This document shows, one piece after another, positions 11,628 to 21,363 of a stretch of DNA of 54,913 nt (its first letter is position 1; the number at the start of each line of letters is the position of its first letter). Both the position numbers and the translations under genes were made by a program. The notes beneath the pieces were generated by a model. The model searched no databases and was not told the DNA's origin. It saw nothing but the letters and a program-made list of their open reading frames with translations. Location of the stretch: positions 1-54,913 of IMG/VR virus record IMGVR_UViG_3300021425_003774; one strand, 5' to 3'. The DNA comes from a virus. Taxonomy: Duplodnaviria; Caudoviricetes.

Positions 11628-12048
11628 AGATTACGAGATCCAAGGTACTGGGGTGACCGTGCCTGACGCTTATCACGTTATTACAGATATAAAAGTTCAT
11701 AAAAGAACGGCAGAAGTTCCTTTACCGCCCGATAGCTCAACAGAATCTGGTTTAACTAACGATGGTGTTAGAGACGAAGGTACTGAAGTATATTGGCAAG
11801 AAGGATATGTTTGTCGTATATGGGTAACCATGTGGGCAACAAAACAGGCAAGAATTGATGGATTGAATCCTATTGGTATAGCAGGCGAAAACGCAACAGA
11901 GGTTGAAGCCGAATTATCAATTGGTACACCAGGTCTTGACCAAAAGTGTGTATTCATGTTAGACATGGATTCCACTGATTCGGATTTAGTACAAGCTTAT
12001 AATCATCTTAAGTCATTAGATTATTATGCTGGTTGTACTGAAGATTAA
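11614..12048 (+). CDS. Hypothetical protein, possibly tail fibre assembly
   Basis: Overlaps the fibre stop. MALIKDYE..TGVTVPDAYHVI start and QAYNHLKS end resemble small fibre-associated phage proteins. Confidence 0.6.
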   Translation: MALIKDYEIQGTGVTVPDAYHVITDIKVHKRTAEVPLPPDSSTESGLTNDGVRDEGTEVYWQEGYVCRIWVTMWATKQARIDGLNPIGIAGENATEVEAELSIGTPGLDQKCVFMLDMDSTDSDLVQAYNHLKSLDYYAGCTED

Positions 12049-12049
12049 T

Positions 12050-12057
12050 TATAAATA
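12050..12057 (+). promoter_or_regulatory. T4-type late promoter TATAAATA
   Basis: Exact consensus in the intergenic gap before 12101. Confidence 0.8.
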
Positions 12058-12100
12058 GAACTATAACTTAAAGTTATTTAATATTAACGGAGAAAATAAA

Positions 12101-12535
12101 ATGGCACTAAGTAGCGATTACACATGGACTTGGAGCGTAACTAGTCTCAAGAAAAGAGATCAAGTTAACTCTGAAGGCGCAACATTAGAAGGCGCTATTG
12201 TCCAAACATTTTGGAAAGTTGAAGGTGAAGATTCTAGCGGTAATAAAGGAGAGTTCTCAGGAGCCACTCCATTTACAGCAGAAGCTGTCCCAGCAGGTTC
12301 ATTTGTTGCATTTGCTGATTTGACTGAAGCAACTGTTTTAGGTTGGATTCAAGCAGTTGTAAATGCCGACCAAGGATATGCAGATCATATCTCAGAAATG
12401 GTAGCAAAGCAAATTGACGAAGCAAACATTGAAGAACCAACAATGCCTTGGGCAACTGAAGATGTGACACCACCTCTTCCTGATGATGCAGCTGACCCAG
12501 CAGAAGAAGCAGACGACTCAGACGACGCGGAATAA
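12101..12535 (+). CDS. Small fibre-associated hypothetical protein (paralogue of 12550..12882)
   Basis: YTWTW..W...G....F.AFADLTE..VLGW pattern shared with the next gene; GGAG RBS. Confidence 0.7.
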   Translation: MALSSDYTWTWSVTSLKKRDQVNSEGATLEGAIVQTFWKVEGEDSSGNKGEFSGATPFTAEAVPAGSFVAFADLTEATVLGWIQAVVNADQGYADHISEMVAKQIDEANIEEPTMPWATEDVTPPLPDDAADPAEEADDSDDAE

Positions 12536-12549
12536 GCTAGGAATAACGT

Positions 12550-12882
12550 ATGACTTATTCTTGGCAAATTGTTAAGTTTGAAACTAGAGATCAGACAAAC
12601 GCTGATGGCGTTGTGCTGTCAGATGCTGTTGTAAGAATTAAATGGAGACGAATCGGAGTTGATTCAGATGGTAATACAGGTAGAGTTGTAGGATATACAA
12701 TTTTATCTGCTAATGAAACCGCTGAAGCAGACTTTACGGCATTTGCCGATTTAACAGAAGAAAAGGTTGTGGGTTGGTTAAATACTCTCAACTCTGAAGC
12801 TGCTATTAATGATTACAATTTAAAAATACAAGAGTCAATAAATAGTTTAGTAACGACCGAACGCGATATACCTTGGTCTTAA
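12550..12882 (+). CDS. Small fibre-associated hypothetical protein (paralogue of 12101..12535)
   Basis: TYSWQI..RDQTN..FTAFADLTEEKVVGW..PW. Confidence 0.7.
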   Translation: MTYSWQIVKFETRDQTNADGVVLSDAVVRIKWRRIGVDSDGNTGRVVGYTILSANETAEADFTAFADLTEEKVVGWLNTLNSEAAINDYNLKIQESINSLVTTERDIPWS

Positions 12883-12914
12883 ACTAAATTTTTGATTTAC
12901 ATTATGGAGCTTTT

Positions 12915-13949
12915 ATGCATGATTTACGGCATCACGGATTGGTGCATTACGCCTTAAAAAGAGGCGGTAAGATACAACCAATCACCCTCCCAAAAGATTT
13001 AACTGGCGAAACGGGTATTATGAACCCTTCCATCTTTATACATAATGGAAAGGTTTTAATGAATGTTCGTCATGTTAATTATACACTATATCATTCAGAA
13101 GGTAAAAAGTTTCCTCATACATGGGGACCTCTACAATACCTACATCCAGAAAACGACATTAGTTTAACAACTCATAATATTATGACAGAGTTGGATTACG
13201 ATTTCAATGTTGTTTCAGCAAGCAGAATCAAAATGAATTTAGATACAGGTGAACCTACTTGGAACTTTATTGGTCTTGAAGATGGTCGTTTGTTTAGTTG
13301 GGATGATAGATTGTTCTTATGTGGTGTAAGAAGAGACGCATACGACGACCAAGGAACAGGTCGAATGGAAATGTGTGAAATAGAATATATTGATAATGAA
13401 TGGCAAGAGATAGGAAGACATCCTATTCCTGCACCAGGTAAAGACGATACTTTTTGCGAAAAGAATTGGATGCCAATTATTGATATGCCGTGGCACTTTG
13501 TTAAATGGTGTAACCCGGTAGAAATCGTTAAGTACGATATTGATACAAGAACAACAACCACAGTAGTACATGATCAAGAAAAGACATATAAATTACCTCG
13601 TGACTTAAGAGGTGGTACTCAAGTATATCCAATAGGTGAAGGTAGAAGAATGACCTTTACTCATGAAGTTGATTTAACAAGAGATGCATTCTCAAGAAAG
13701 GATGGTCACTATAATCATAGAATAGTTGTATGGGATGAAGATTGGAATATGGTTCATCATACACAAGATTTTCATTTTATGGGTACGCAAATAGACCCAA
13801 CAACAGGATATGAATATAATATTGAGTTTGCGACAGGTATGACATTTTTAAATGGTGAAGTTATTGTTGCGTTTGGATATCAGGACAATGGAACGTTCTT
13901 ATTAAGAATGCCTGAGAAATTATTTTTTGACTTTGTGGCGAGGGGATAG
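12915..13949 (+). CDS. Putative beta-propeller glycoside hydrolase/phosphorylase (GH130/GH43-like)
   Basis: NPSI, GLEDGRL, EKNWMP, LRGGT and IEF..G..FGYQD motifs. Confidence 0.6.
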   Translation: MHDLRHHGLVHYALKRGGKIQPITLPKDLTGETGIMNPSIFIHNGKVLMNVRHVNYTLYHSEGKKFPHTWGPLQYLHPENDISLTTHNIMTELDYDFNVVSASRIKMNLDTGEPTWNFIGLEDGRLFSWDDRLFLCGVRRDAYDDQGTGRMEMCEIEYIDNEWQEIGRHPIPAPGKDDTFCEKNWMPIIDMPWHFVKWCNPVEIVKYDIDTRTTTTVVHDQEKTYKLPRDLRGGTQVYPIGEGRRMTFTHEVDLTRDAFSRKDGHYNHRIVVWDEDWNMVHHTQDFHFMGTQIDPTTGYEYNIEFATGMTFLNGEVIVAFGYQDNGTFLLRMPEKLFFDFVARG

Positions 13950-13952
13950 ATT

Positions 13953-15149
13953 ATGTTACAGACTGCATTAGAAACACATGTCATGGATCCAAAGAATCCA
14001 CACAAATGTTTTGCACTTGCTCAAGAATACGACTACTTAGAACAAGGAGCGATGGCAGTATCTTTATATCTTAAGGCCGCCGATCTCAGTGATGATAAAA
14101 ATTTACAATATGATTGTATGGTTGGTATTGCATTATGCTATGACAGGCAAAGAGATAGAGGTTATACAGTAGAAGGTGCATTACTTGATGCAATTGCTTT
14201 AGATCCTACAAGAACAACGGCGCATTATTACTTATGTAAATTTTATGAAGGCGGTTCTCAATGGAAGAAAGTTTTGATGCATGCAAATACTGCATTACAA
14301 TTTGAACAATCAGATAAAGAGTATCAAGACTTATTATATTATCAAGCATTAGCAACATGGTATATATGTGGTCAACAAAACGGAAAGCATTTATTTTTTG
14401 ATTTAGTATATAGACACAGTTTATATCCTGAGCTCAAACAAAAAGCTATAGAAAAGTTAAATCAAATCTTTTATCCTGACACTATTCCATATAACGGCAT
14501 TGAAGACTATGAAAGAATGAAGCATTTGTTTCAAGGAATAGAAACCATCGAAAAGAATTACTCAAAACATTTTCAAGATATGTTTGTATTATCGGTGTAT
14601 AATGGAAAGGAAGGTGGTTCTTGGTTAGAGATTGGTTCAGGAGATCCTTTTGTTCATAACAATACAGCGCTATTAGAACAGTTTGGTTGGAGCGGAATAT
14701 CTATTGACAATTCTGAAGCTTTGTGTTATAAATTCAAAGAGAACAGAAATAATACAGTCATCTGTGCAGACGCAACTGAAATCGGTTATGTGGATTTATT
14801 TGAAAAACATCTTGTAGGCCCAGTCGTAGATTATTTACAAATTGATTGTGATGAAGCTTCAATAGACATATTAAAGCGTATTCCTTTTAACGAAGTTAAA
14901 TTTGGAGTCATTACTTTTGAACACGATTCTTACCGACTAGGTGGAAAACGAAGGGATGAAGCAAGACAGATATTATTTCAATTAGGATATGAATTGGTTG
15001 TACCAAATGTTGGGTTTACAGATATTCATCCATATGAAGATTGGTTTATTCATCCTGATGTAATAGATAGAGACATAATTAGAAAATTCCAAGCACCGCC
15101 TAGAGAATGTAATTTTGTATGGGATTATTTTATGGAGGCAGAGAAATGA
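13953..15149 (+). CDS. TPR-repeat plus FkbM-like SAM methyltransferase
   Basis: Helical TPR-like N half. C half has QDMFVL..LEIGSGDP..NNT.LLE..GWSGISID..DYLQIDCD..ITFEHD. Confidence 0.7.
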   Translation: MLQTALETHVMDPKNPHKCFALAQEYDYLEQGAMAVSLYLKAADLSDDKNLQYDCMVGIALCYDRQRDRGYTVEGALLDAIALDPTRTTAHYYLCKFYEGGSQWKKVLMHANTALQFEQSDKEYQDLLYYQALATWYICGQQNGKHLFFDLVYRHSLYPELKQKAIEKLNQIFYPDTIPYNGIEDYERMKHLFQGIETIEKNYSKHFQDMFVLSVYNGKEGGSWLEIGSGDPFVHNNTALLEQFGWSGISIDNSEALCYKFKENRNNTVICADATEIGYVDLFEKHLVGPVVDYLQIDCDEASIDILKRIPFNEVKFGVITFEHDSYRLGGKRRDEARQILFQLGYELVVPNVGFTDIHPYEDWFIHPDVIDRDIIRKFQAPPRECNFVWDYFMEAEK

Positions 15150-15898
15150 TTACTGTAGTCGCAACTGGTGGATTTGACCCAATACATTCAGGACATATTA
15201 AATATCTAGAAGAAGCAGCTACTTATGGTACGAGTTTAATTGTTGGAGTAAATTCAGACTCTTGGCTTAAAAGAAAGAAAGGTAGATACTTTATGCCTTT
15301 TGAAGAACGAGCATCAATTGTTAATGCGTTAACTTGTGTTGATAAAGTTATTGATTTTGACGATTCAGATAACAGTGCCATACACTGTCTAGAACAAGTT
15401 AAACTATTATACCCTAATGATACCATTGTATTTGTAAATGGTGGTGATAGAACATCAGACAACATCCCTGAGATGGCAGTTGAAGGAGTTGAGTTTGAGT
15501 TTGGTGTTGGCGGAGAAGATAAAAAGAATTCATCGAGTTGGATATTAAAAGAATGGTCACAACCTACAGTACAAAGAGCTTGGGGAACATATACGGTTTT
15601 AGATACAAACGGAACTTGGCAAGTAAAAGAATTATCTTTTGACCCAGGCAAATCATTGAGTGACCAAAAACATTCGCATAGGTCTGAGCATTGGCATGTT
15701 GTTGAAGGTGCAATACTTATGGAGTTAGATCATGGTATGAGTAGAAGAGAATCACGAATTTATTGGAAAGGACAAAGTATTGATATTCCAAAAGGAGTTT
15801 GGCACAAAGCAACAAACGTAGGAACAGAAACTGCTAAAGTAATCGAAGTATGGCTTGGAGACAAACTATCAGAAGATGACATTGAAAGACGTGATTAA
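15146..15898 (+). CDS. Cytidylyltransferase (HxGH) fused to mannose-6-phosphate-isomerase-type cupin
   Basis: TGGFDPIHSGH, GVNSD.WL.RKKG, NGGDR, then R.WG.Y..LS.QKH.HRSEHW.VV.G. Start moved to ATG 15146 (ATGA overlap, GGAG RBS). Confidence 0.85.
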   Translation: MITVVATGGFDPIHSGHIKYLEEAATYGTSLIVGVNSDSWLKRKKGRYFMPFEERASIVNALTCVDKVIDFDDSDNSAIHCLEQVKLLYPNDTIVFVNGGDRTSDNIPEMAVEGVEFEFGVGGEDKKNSSSWILKEWSQPTVQRAWGTYTVLDTNGTWQVKELSFDPGKSLSDQKHSHRSEHWHVVEGAILMELDHGMSRRESRIYWKGQSIDIPKGVWHKATNVGTETAKVIEVWLGDKLSEDDIERRD

Positions 15899-16308
15899 TG
15901 AAACCAAAAAGATTACGCAATCTTATATTACCATCAGAAAAGCAATGCACAAGAATTGAACCTTTAGATATTTTAAAAGATAAGTTTGTAACAGGATGCT
16001 TTGAATATCAACCAGGTGACCAACAAGGGTGGCATAATAATTTTGGAACTAATAAAGCTCGATGCTATTTAGTTTACAGCGAGACTGGTGATAGTGGAAT
16101 GAGATTTGTACTTAATGGTAAAGTACAAACCTTTTATGATATTCCTGGGTGGCAATATAGAATATTTAATGTACCACAGCCGCATTGTGTTTTTTCAAAT
16201 TGTTTACGTAGGAGTTATGGATTTAGAGTTGAACGAGTTGATGATGACAAACAAATCTTTAATCCTATAAAATTAAAAAATGCTGAAGCTATATTACAAG
16301 TTACCTAA
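15898..16308 (+). CDS. Hypothetical protein, possible double-stranded beta-helix (cupin/2OG-Fe(II)-like)
   Basis: GWHNN ... HCV ... R.SYGF pattern; translationally coupled to both neighbours. Confidence 0.45.
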   Translation: MKPKRLRNLILPSEKQCTRIEPLDILKDKFVTGCFEYQPGDQQGWHNNFGTNKARCYLVYSETGDSGMRFVLNGKVQTFYDIPGWQYRIFNVPQPHCVFSNCLRRSYGFRVERVDDDKQIFNPIKLKNAEAILQVT

Positions 16309-16864
16309 CGGAAATCATTTTGCTCATATAAGCAGAAGCGGTACCTCTACATTAGCAGCACACGTATTAAAAAACTTTTATCCTGAAAAATATCAAGAAT
16401 TTTTAAAACAAAAAGAAATAAAATATCAAGCACCGCAACAATTCCTAGAAGAATATTGGTCAAATAGATTACCGCCCAATTGTGTTTGTATGCTAAGAGA
16501 TCCTGTTATAAGATTAAAAAGCATGTTAAACAAAAGACCTCAAATGTCTAACTATTTAGATTTTGTTGGCAATATCGGTATTAGAAATTCTATTACAACA
16601 AGAAGCATAAGTCGTAAATTAGATATTCTTACAATAATTCATTTAGCACAATTTACAAGCATTGCTGATAATGATTCTAATATAATTTTGTTTCCAAATA
16701 TTGAACAAGCGTGTAAAGAACTTGATATGGAATATCATAAAAACATTCACGAAAACAATTCAATGACTAGATATGATAATGATTTGCCAAATAAGTGGAA
16801 ACATTATTTAGAAGAATCTGTTGGTCTCTATAGTGCTTTTAATATAAATAAAACTATAAGCTAA
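16280..16864 (+). CDS. Sulfotransferase-like protein
   Basis: HISRSGTST resembles the 5'-PSB motif; LRDPVIRLKS resembles the 3'-PB motif; HEN near the C-terminus. Confidence 0.55.
   Translation: MLKLYYKLPNGNHFAHISRSGTSTLAAHVLKNFYPEKYQEFLKQKEIKYQAPQQFLEEYWSNRLPPNCVCMLRDPVIRLKSMLNKRPQMSNYLDFVGNIGIRNSITTRSISRKLDILTIIHLAQFTSIADNDSNIILFPNIEQACKELDMEYHKNIHENNSMTRYDNDLPNKWKHYLEESVGLYSAFNINKTIS
16843..16850 (+). promoter_or_regulatory. T4-type late promoter TATAAATA
   Basis: Exact consensus 31 nt before ORF 16882. Confidence 0.75.
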
Positions 16865-16881
16865 TAGTCGAGGAGACGAAG

Positions 16882-17796
16882 ATGGCAGTTAAAGTATCAG
16901 GCACAACCGTAATAGATAACTCACGTGGGTTTTTCCCTCAGGATATTACGGGCACCTATTCAAATTTTCATCCAACATTAAACATTAATACATCAAGTGT
17001 AATCAGTTTTGCCAATCCAGCGCAAAGCATTACGATGTCGGCTGACACAACATATTCAACTACAGGCTTAGCAGCAGGAAGACAACTTACACTTAGTTTA
17101 GATAGGTCAACTAGTGGATACACACCAACTTTTGGATCAGAGGTAGAATTTGCTGGTGGAACACCAACGTGGTCAAACAGAAGACATTGGTTAATTTCTT
17201 TTACTTGTTGGGACTCATCAGTAATTAGAGCAACTGCTCTTGGTTTTGATGAACCAGGTACAGCATCATCAACAATGGATTCAAGTTTTTCTTTAGCGGG
17301 CTGGAATACTAATGAAAACGATTTTGGTACAAGTTTCGAGCAAGCTTGGTGTTATTGTGCTTTTAATCATGATTCATCAAATAATAGAGTCAAAGTAGAA
17401 TATGCTTCAGGTAATACGCAGGCAATGGCAACAGTGTATACTCAATATATTGATTACACAGGTATGACTGGTACCATTACAGTAACGGCTCAATATAATG
17501 GTACTTTTAGTACTTCTGGCGAGACTGGCCAGGCAACTTGGGGTCCTCGGCCTCAAGATGATGGATATCTTTCTGGAACATATTACTCTGTTCCAACTGG
17601 TGGAGGAACTCGTTCATTTGGCTGGATGGCAGCAAACAATCCAAACTTTAGCAACAACTCGGGCGTGACAGGATCATTTTCAGCTCCTGCATTTAGAGTT
17701 AAATTAGTTTCTAACGAAGGAACTTTTTATTCAACCGGTTCTTGGGTAGCAAATATGGCATTATCAGTAAATTATGGAAATACTCAAGGATTCTAA
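16882..17796 (+). CDS. Putative virion fibre/appendage protein, paralogue 1
   Basis: MAVKVSGTTVIDNSR N-terminus; S/T/G-rich, beta-rich composition. Confidence 0.65.
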   Translation: MAVKVSGTTVIDNSRGFFPQDITGTYSNFHPTLNINTSSVISFANPAQSITMSADTTYSTTGLAAGRQLTLSLDRSTSGYTPTFGSEVEFAGGTPTWSNRRHWLISFTCWDSSVIRATALGFDEPGTASSTMDSSFSLAGWNTNENDFGTSFEQAWCYCAFNHDSSNNRVKVEYASGNTQAMATVYTQYIDYTGMTGTITVTAQYNGTFSTSGETGQATWGPRPQDDGYLSGTYYSVPTGGGTRSFGWMAANNPNFSNNSGVTGSFSAPAFRVKLVSNEGTFYSTGSWVANMALSVNYGNTQGF

Positions 17797-17806
17797 GGAA
17801 TAACTT

Positions 17807-18631
17807 ATGGCAATCAAAGTAAATAATACAACTGTAATAGACAACAATAGAAACTTTACTAACGTCGCTGATACAATTGGTTTTTATACTAACCTACATC
17901 CAAGTTTAGCAAGTCAAAGTTCTTCAGGCTCAATCACATTAGACGCGGATAGTCCTTCTAATTTACTTGTACTAACTGGCGCTTTAACAATAACTGACAT
18001 GACAAATAAAGCTGCAGGAAAGCAATGTATATATTTAGTTGATGTTACTCAAGCAGGTTATGATATTACATGGGGTACTAATTTTAAATTTGTAAATGAT
18101 AGTGAGCCTAATTGGACAACCGCAAGATATTGGTTGTTAGGAATTACCGTTTGGGATAATAGTACAATATTAGTAACTGCAACAAGTTGGTCAGGCGGAG
18201 GTGGTACTTCATCATCTGTTGCATTGCCATCTAGCATTGATATTTATTCTTCCTCCGGTACTCTTAGTGGAAACTGTAATGCAGTTGTTAGATTAAATTC
18301 TACCGGAACATTATCTCTAACAGGTTCTGGAACACAAGGTAGTACATCAGGAATGGCAAATAACGGATTCACATGGTTGCTTTCAGGAACTAATAGTGAT
18401 TACGAGTGTAACTTCAATTATACATTTACAGATGAGGGCGGTGCAGACCAATCAACTGCAGGCAATAATACGTGGCAAGTTTTGAGTTCACACAGAGAAT
18501 GGAAGATTTACGACGCATCAACAAGTGGTGCTGAAAATAAACTTGCTGGTACATTAAAGATTAGAAGGGCGTCTGACCAAACTGAATTAGTATCTATTGC
18601 TTGCGAATTAAGTGCCGATCATTCACCATAA
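17807..18631 (+). CDS. Putative virion fibre/appendage protein, paralogue 2
   Basis: MAIKVNNTTVIDNNR N-terminus; EPNWTTARYW matches the paralogues. Confidence 0.65.
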   Translation: MAIKVNNTTVIDNNRNFTNVADTIGFYTNLHPSLASQSSSGSITLDADSPSNLLVLTGALTITDMTNKAAGKQCIYLVDVTQAGYDITWGTNFKFVNDSEPNWTTARYWLLGITVWDNSTILVTATSWSGGGGTSSSVALPSSIDIYSSSGTLSGNCNAVVRLNSTGTLSLTGSGTQGSTSGMANNGFTWLLSGTNSDYECNFNYTFTDEGGADQSTAGNNTWQVLSSHREWKIYDASTSGAENKLAGTLKIRRASDQTELVSIACELSADHSP

Positions 18632-18641
18632 GGAAATAATA

Positions 18642-18878
18642 ATGCCACATACAGGAAATTATAAACAAATATTTTTTACATCAAATACGCTGTTTTCTGA
18701 TTCGTTTGATTATTTGAACGGGCCTTATTTAATGTCTGCTAACAGTGTATCAAAAGATGTTTTAGTTGAAGGATACGAAACAGTAAAAATAATGGAATAT
18801 GATCCAGAACAAGAAGAAGAAAATTTAGCAGCTTATAGAAAACTAGCAGTAGGTGTTATAATTGGAGAAGATGAATAA
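18642..18878 (+). CDS. Hypothetical protein
   Basis: AAGGA RBS before ATG 18642; TAATG coupling to the next gene. Confidence 0.6.
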   Translation: MPHTGNYKQIFFTSNTLFSDSFDYLNGPYLMSANSVSKDVLVEGYETVKIMEYDPEQEEENLAAYRKLAVGVIIGEDE

Positions 18879-19717
18879 TGGCAATTAAAGTATCAGGCAC
18901 AACAGTAATAGATAACTCACGCAAATTAACAAACGTTGCTGATATGCAAGGCAATTATAGTGGGTTTAAGCCAGTTGGTGCTGGAGCAACAAATAATATT
19001 AGTTTTGAAAAGCCAGTAACAATTTGTGCTTTATCAGCTGACACAACATTTACAGAATCTGGTACTGGTACTTCCGGTAGGCCAACTTGTACTTTATTAT
19101 TAGATACTTCGACTTCAGCTCATACTCCAACATTCTCATCAAATATTAATTGGCAAGACAATACAGAACCTACCTGGTCAACTTATCGTAAATGGCAGAT
19201 AACGTTCCATGAAATTACAGATAGCCCATTAAGAATAGATGCGGCTGCAGTAGGGTTTTCTGCACAAAATTCTCAACCAACAGAATCTGTAACTCTTGAA
19301 GGTACTTCATCAAGTCCTGAAAGATTACGTGATGACCCAGGTATTGCTCCTTTCCTTGCTGGTTGGAGATTTAAATCAGACGGCAATGTTTACAAATATG
19401 AGTCTCCTAATAACGTTTCAGGTAGTGGAGAATATGTACATAGTACTACTACTTGGAATAATATTACACCTTCACAAACATATTATATAAGAGTAACTAA
19501 TTATAGCGGAACTAATTTGGATGTTGGCGAAAGTGACTCACTAAATACTTGGTTATCATTAGACCAAACGCGCTCATTTGAATATAAAGATACAAGAGAC
19601 CCTCAATCGTATGCAGATACAAATGGTGTTTTTAAAGCAGAAATATCTTCAACATCAAATGGTTCAAATATAGTTGCGACTGGTTATTATCAAGTATATT
19701 GGATCGGAACCGCTTAA
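18878..19717 (+). CDS. Putative virion fibre/appendage protein, paralogue 3
   Basis: MAIKVSGTTVIDNSR N-terminus; EPTWSTYRKW. Confidence 0.65.
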   Translation: MAIKVSGTTVIDNSRKLTNVADMQGNYSGFKPVGAGATNNISFEKPVTICALSADTTFTESGTGTSGRPTCTLLLDTSTSAHTPTFSSNINWQDNTEPTWSTYRKWQITFHEITDSPLRIDAAAVGFSAQNSQPTESVTLEGTSSSPERLRDDPGIAPFLAGWRFKSDGNVYKYESPNNVSGSGEYVHSTTTWNNITPSQTYYIRVTNYSGTNLDVGESDSLNTWLSLDQTRSFEYKDTRDPQSYADTNGVFKAEISSTSNGSNIVATGYYQVYWIGTA

Positions 19718-19726
19718 GGAAAAATT

Positions 19727-20584
19727 ATGCCTACACATACACAAATGACAATTATAGGAGCCAAAGCATCTGGCTCAACAGGACTCGGAAGCTCAGGGGA
19801 CTTCGGATTTGGTGGAGATACAAGCGCAGGTGGTTCAACTACCGTAACGATACCTTCCGATTTAATGGTTGCACAATGTGAAGACGACGATAGAGGTGGA
19901 GGAGATGATGCAAACTCTCATTTTCGTGTTTCTCTTAATTGGTCCAATACTTCTGAAGTAAGTTATACTCTTGCTGATTATTGTGGTCTATATGAGGACT
20001 ATACTTTAACTAGCACTACTTATGGTGTTGGAGATTTTAGTGCAGAAGGTAATAATTATCATGTTGAAACTGGAGTTGGAAGATATGCTTTTTATGGCTC
20101 CACTTATAATTCAGGTGCCACAATTACTCAAAAAGCAGCACCTACTACTGGAACCGTATCATTAAGTAATGCTTCTTCAAGTACTATTTCTAATATACAA
20201 GCAAGATGGGTGGCTGCTAACGCTAACTATGATGGTAATGAAACATTTACTACTTATTCAACTACAGGTATTAATGTAACAAGTTATAGCACAATAGGAT
20301 TTGGTACATCCTTTACAGATTCTTACGTAACTATAAAGCCACAAGTATATGGTGGCTCAGCAGGCAATTCACAATTTTTTGAATTCGGTGTAGAAGCTGA
20401 TGCACCAGGAAATCCTGCTTCAGACAGTTCTACTGCAACACTAAGCTCAGGTGGTTATTATAGATTAGAAATATTAGTAACAAGAAGTGACAGTACTACA
20501 CAAACACTAATTTTTAATAAGCCGTATGTTAGCAGTAGTAATCCTAGATTACACGCAAGGTCAGAGGATTCAGAAACGGATTAA
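19727..20584 (+). CDS. Hypothetical S/T/G-rich putative structural protein
   Basis: Long ORF with AAGGA RBS in the late operon. Confidence 0.55.
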   Translation: MPTHTQMTIIGAKASGSTGLGSSGDFGFGGDTSAGGSTTVTIPSDLMVAQCEDDDRGGGDDANSHFRVSLNWSNTSEVSYTLADYCGLYEDYTLTSTTYGVGDFSAEGNNYHVETGVGRYAFYGSTYNSGATITQKAAPTTGTVSLSNASSSTISNIQARWVAANANYDGNETFTTYSTTGINVTSYSTIGFGTSFTDSYVTIKPQVYGGSAGNSQFFEFGVEADAPGNPASDSSTATLSSGGYYRLEILVTRSDSTTQTLIFNKPYVSSSNPRLHARSEDSETD

Positions 20585-20616
20585 GATAAATAATAGAAAC
20601 AATAGAGTAAATTAAA

Positions 20617-21360
20617 ATGGCACAACCGACAACAAGAAACGAATTTAAAGACTGGGTTTTAAGAAAGCTTGGTGCGCCTGTCATTGACATTAATGTTTCT
20701 GATGAGCAAGTTGAGGATCGTATTGATGAAGCAATAGATTATTGGAGAGACTATCATTATAATGGAAGCCAATTAGTATACTTAAAACATCAGCTAACTC
20801 AAACTGATAAAGATAACGGATACATTACTTTACCGTCAACATTACTTGGTATTTCAGGCATCTTTAATATGCAGTCAAGTATTTCAACCGGTTCAGGTAT
20901 CTTTAATGTTCAGTATCAGTTTGTTCTAAATAACCTTGAAGATATCACGGGCTATAATATTACAAATTATTATATGGCAATGTCTCACATGGAATTCCTA
21001 TCAGAAATGCTTGTAGGTAAACCAAGAATAAGATATAATAAACATGTAAACAGACTATACATTGATATGGATAAAGATTTGTTAGTTGTAGGTGAGTATG
21101 TTATTATTGAAGCCTATGATGTAATAGATGCTACTACATATTCCGATGTGTGGTCAGATCGTTGGTTACAAAATTATACCTCTGCTTTAATTAAAGAACA
21201 GTGGGGGTCAAACTTAACTAAGTTTAGTGGAATGCAATTAGTTGGAGGAGTATCATTTAACGGGGAACAAATTTTAGCAGACGGACGTGAAGAACGAAGA
21301 TTAATGGAAGAGGAAGCCGTCAATAATTTACAGCCTCTATCATACAACTATATTGGGTAG
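20617..21360 (+). CDS. gp13: Neck protein gp13
   Basis: LRKLGAPVIDINV..QVEDRIDEA; KEQWGSNLTKFSGMQLVGGVSFNGEQI. Confidence 0.93.
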   Translation: MAQPTTRNEFKDWVLRKLGAPVIDINVSDEQVEDRIDEAIDYWRDYHYNGSQLVYLKHQLTQTDKDNGYITLPSTLLGISGIFNMQSSISTGSGIFNVQYQFVLNNLEDITGYNITNYYMAMSHMEFLSEMLVGKPRIRYNKHVNRLYIDMDKDLLVVGEYVIIEAYDVIDATTYSDVWSDRWLQNYTSALIKEQWGSNLTKFSGMQLVGGVSFNGEQILADGREERRLMEEEAVNNLQPLSYNYIG

Positions 21361-21363
21361 AGC

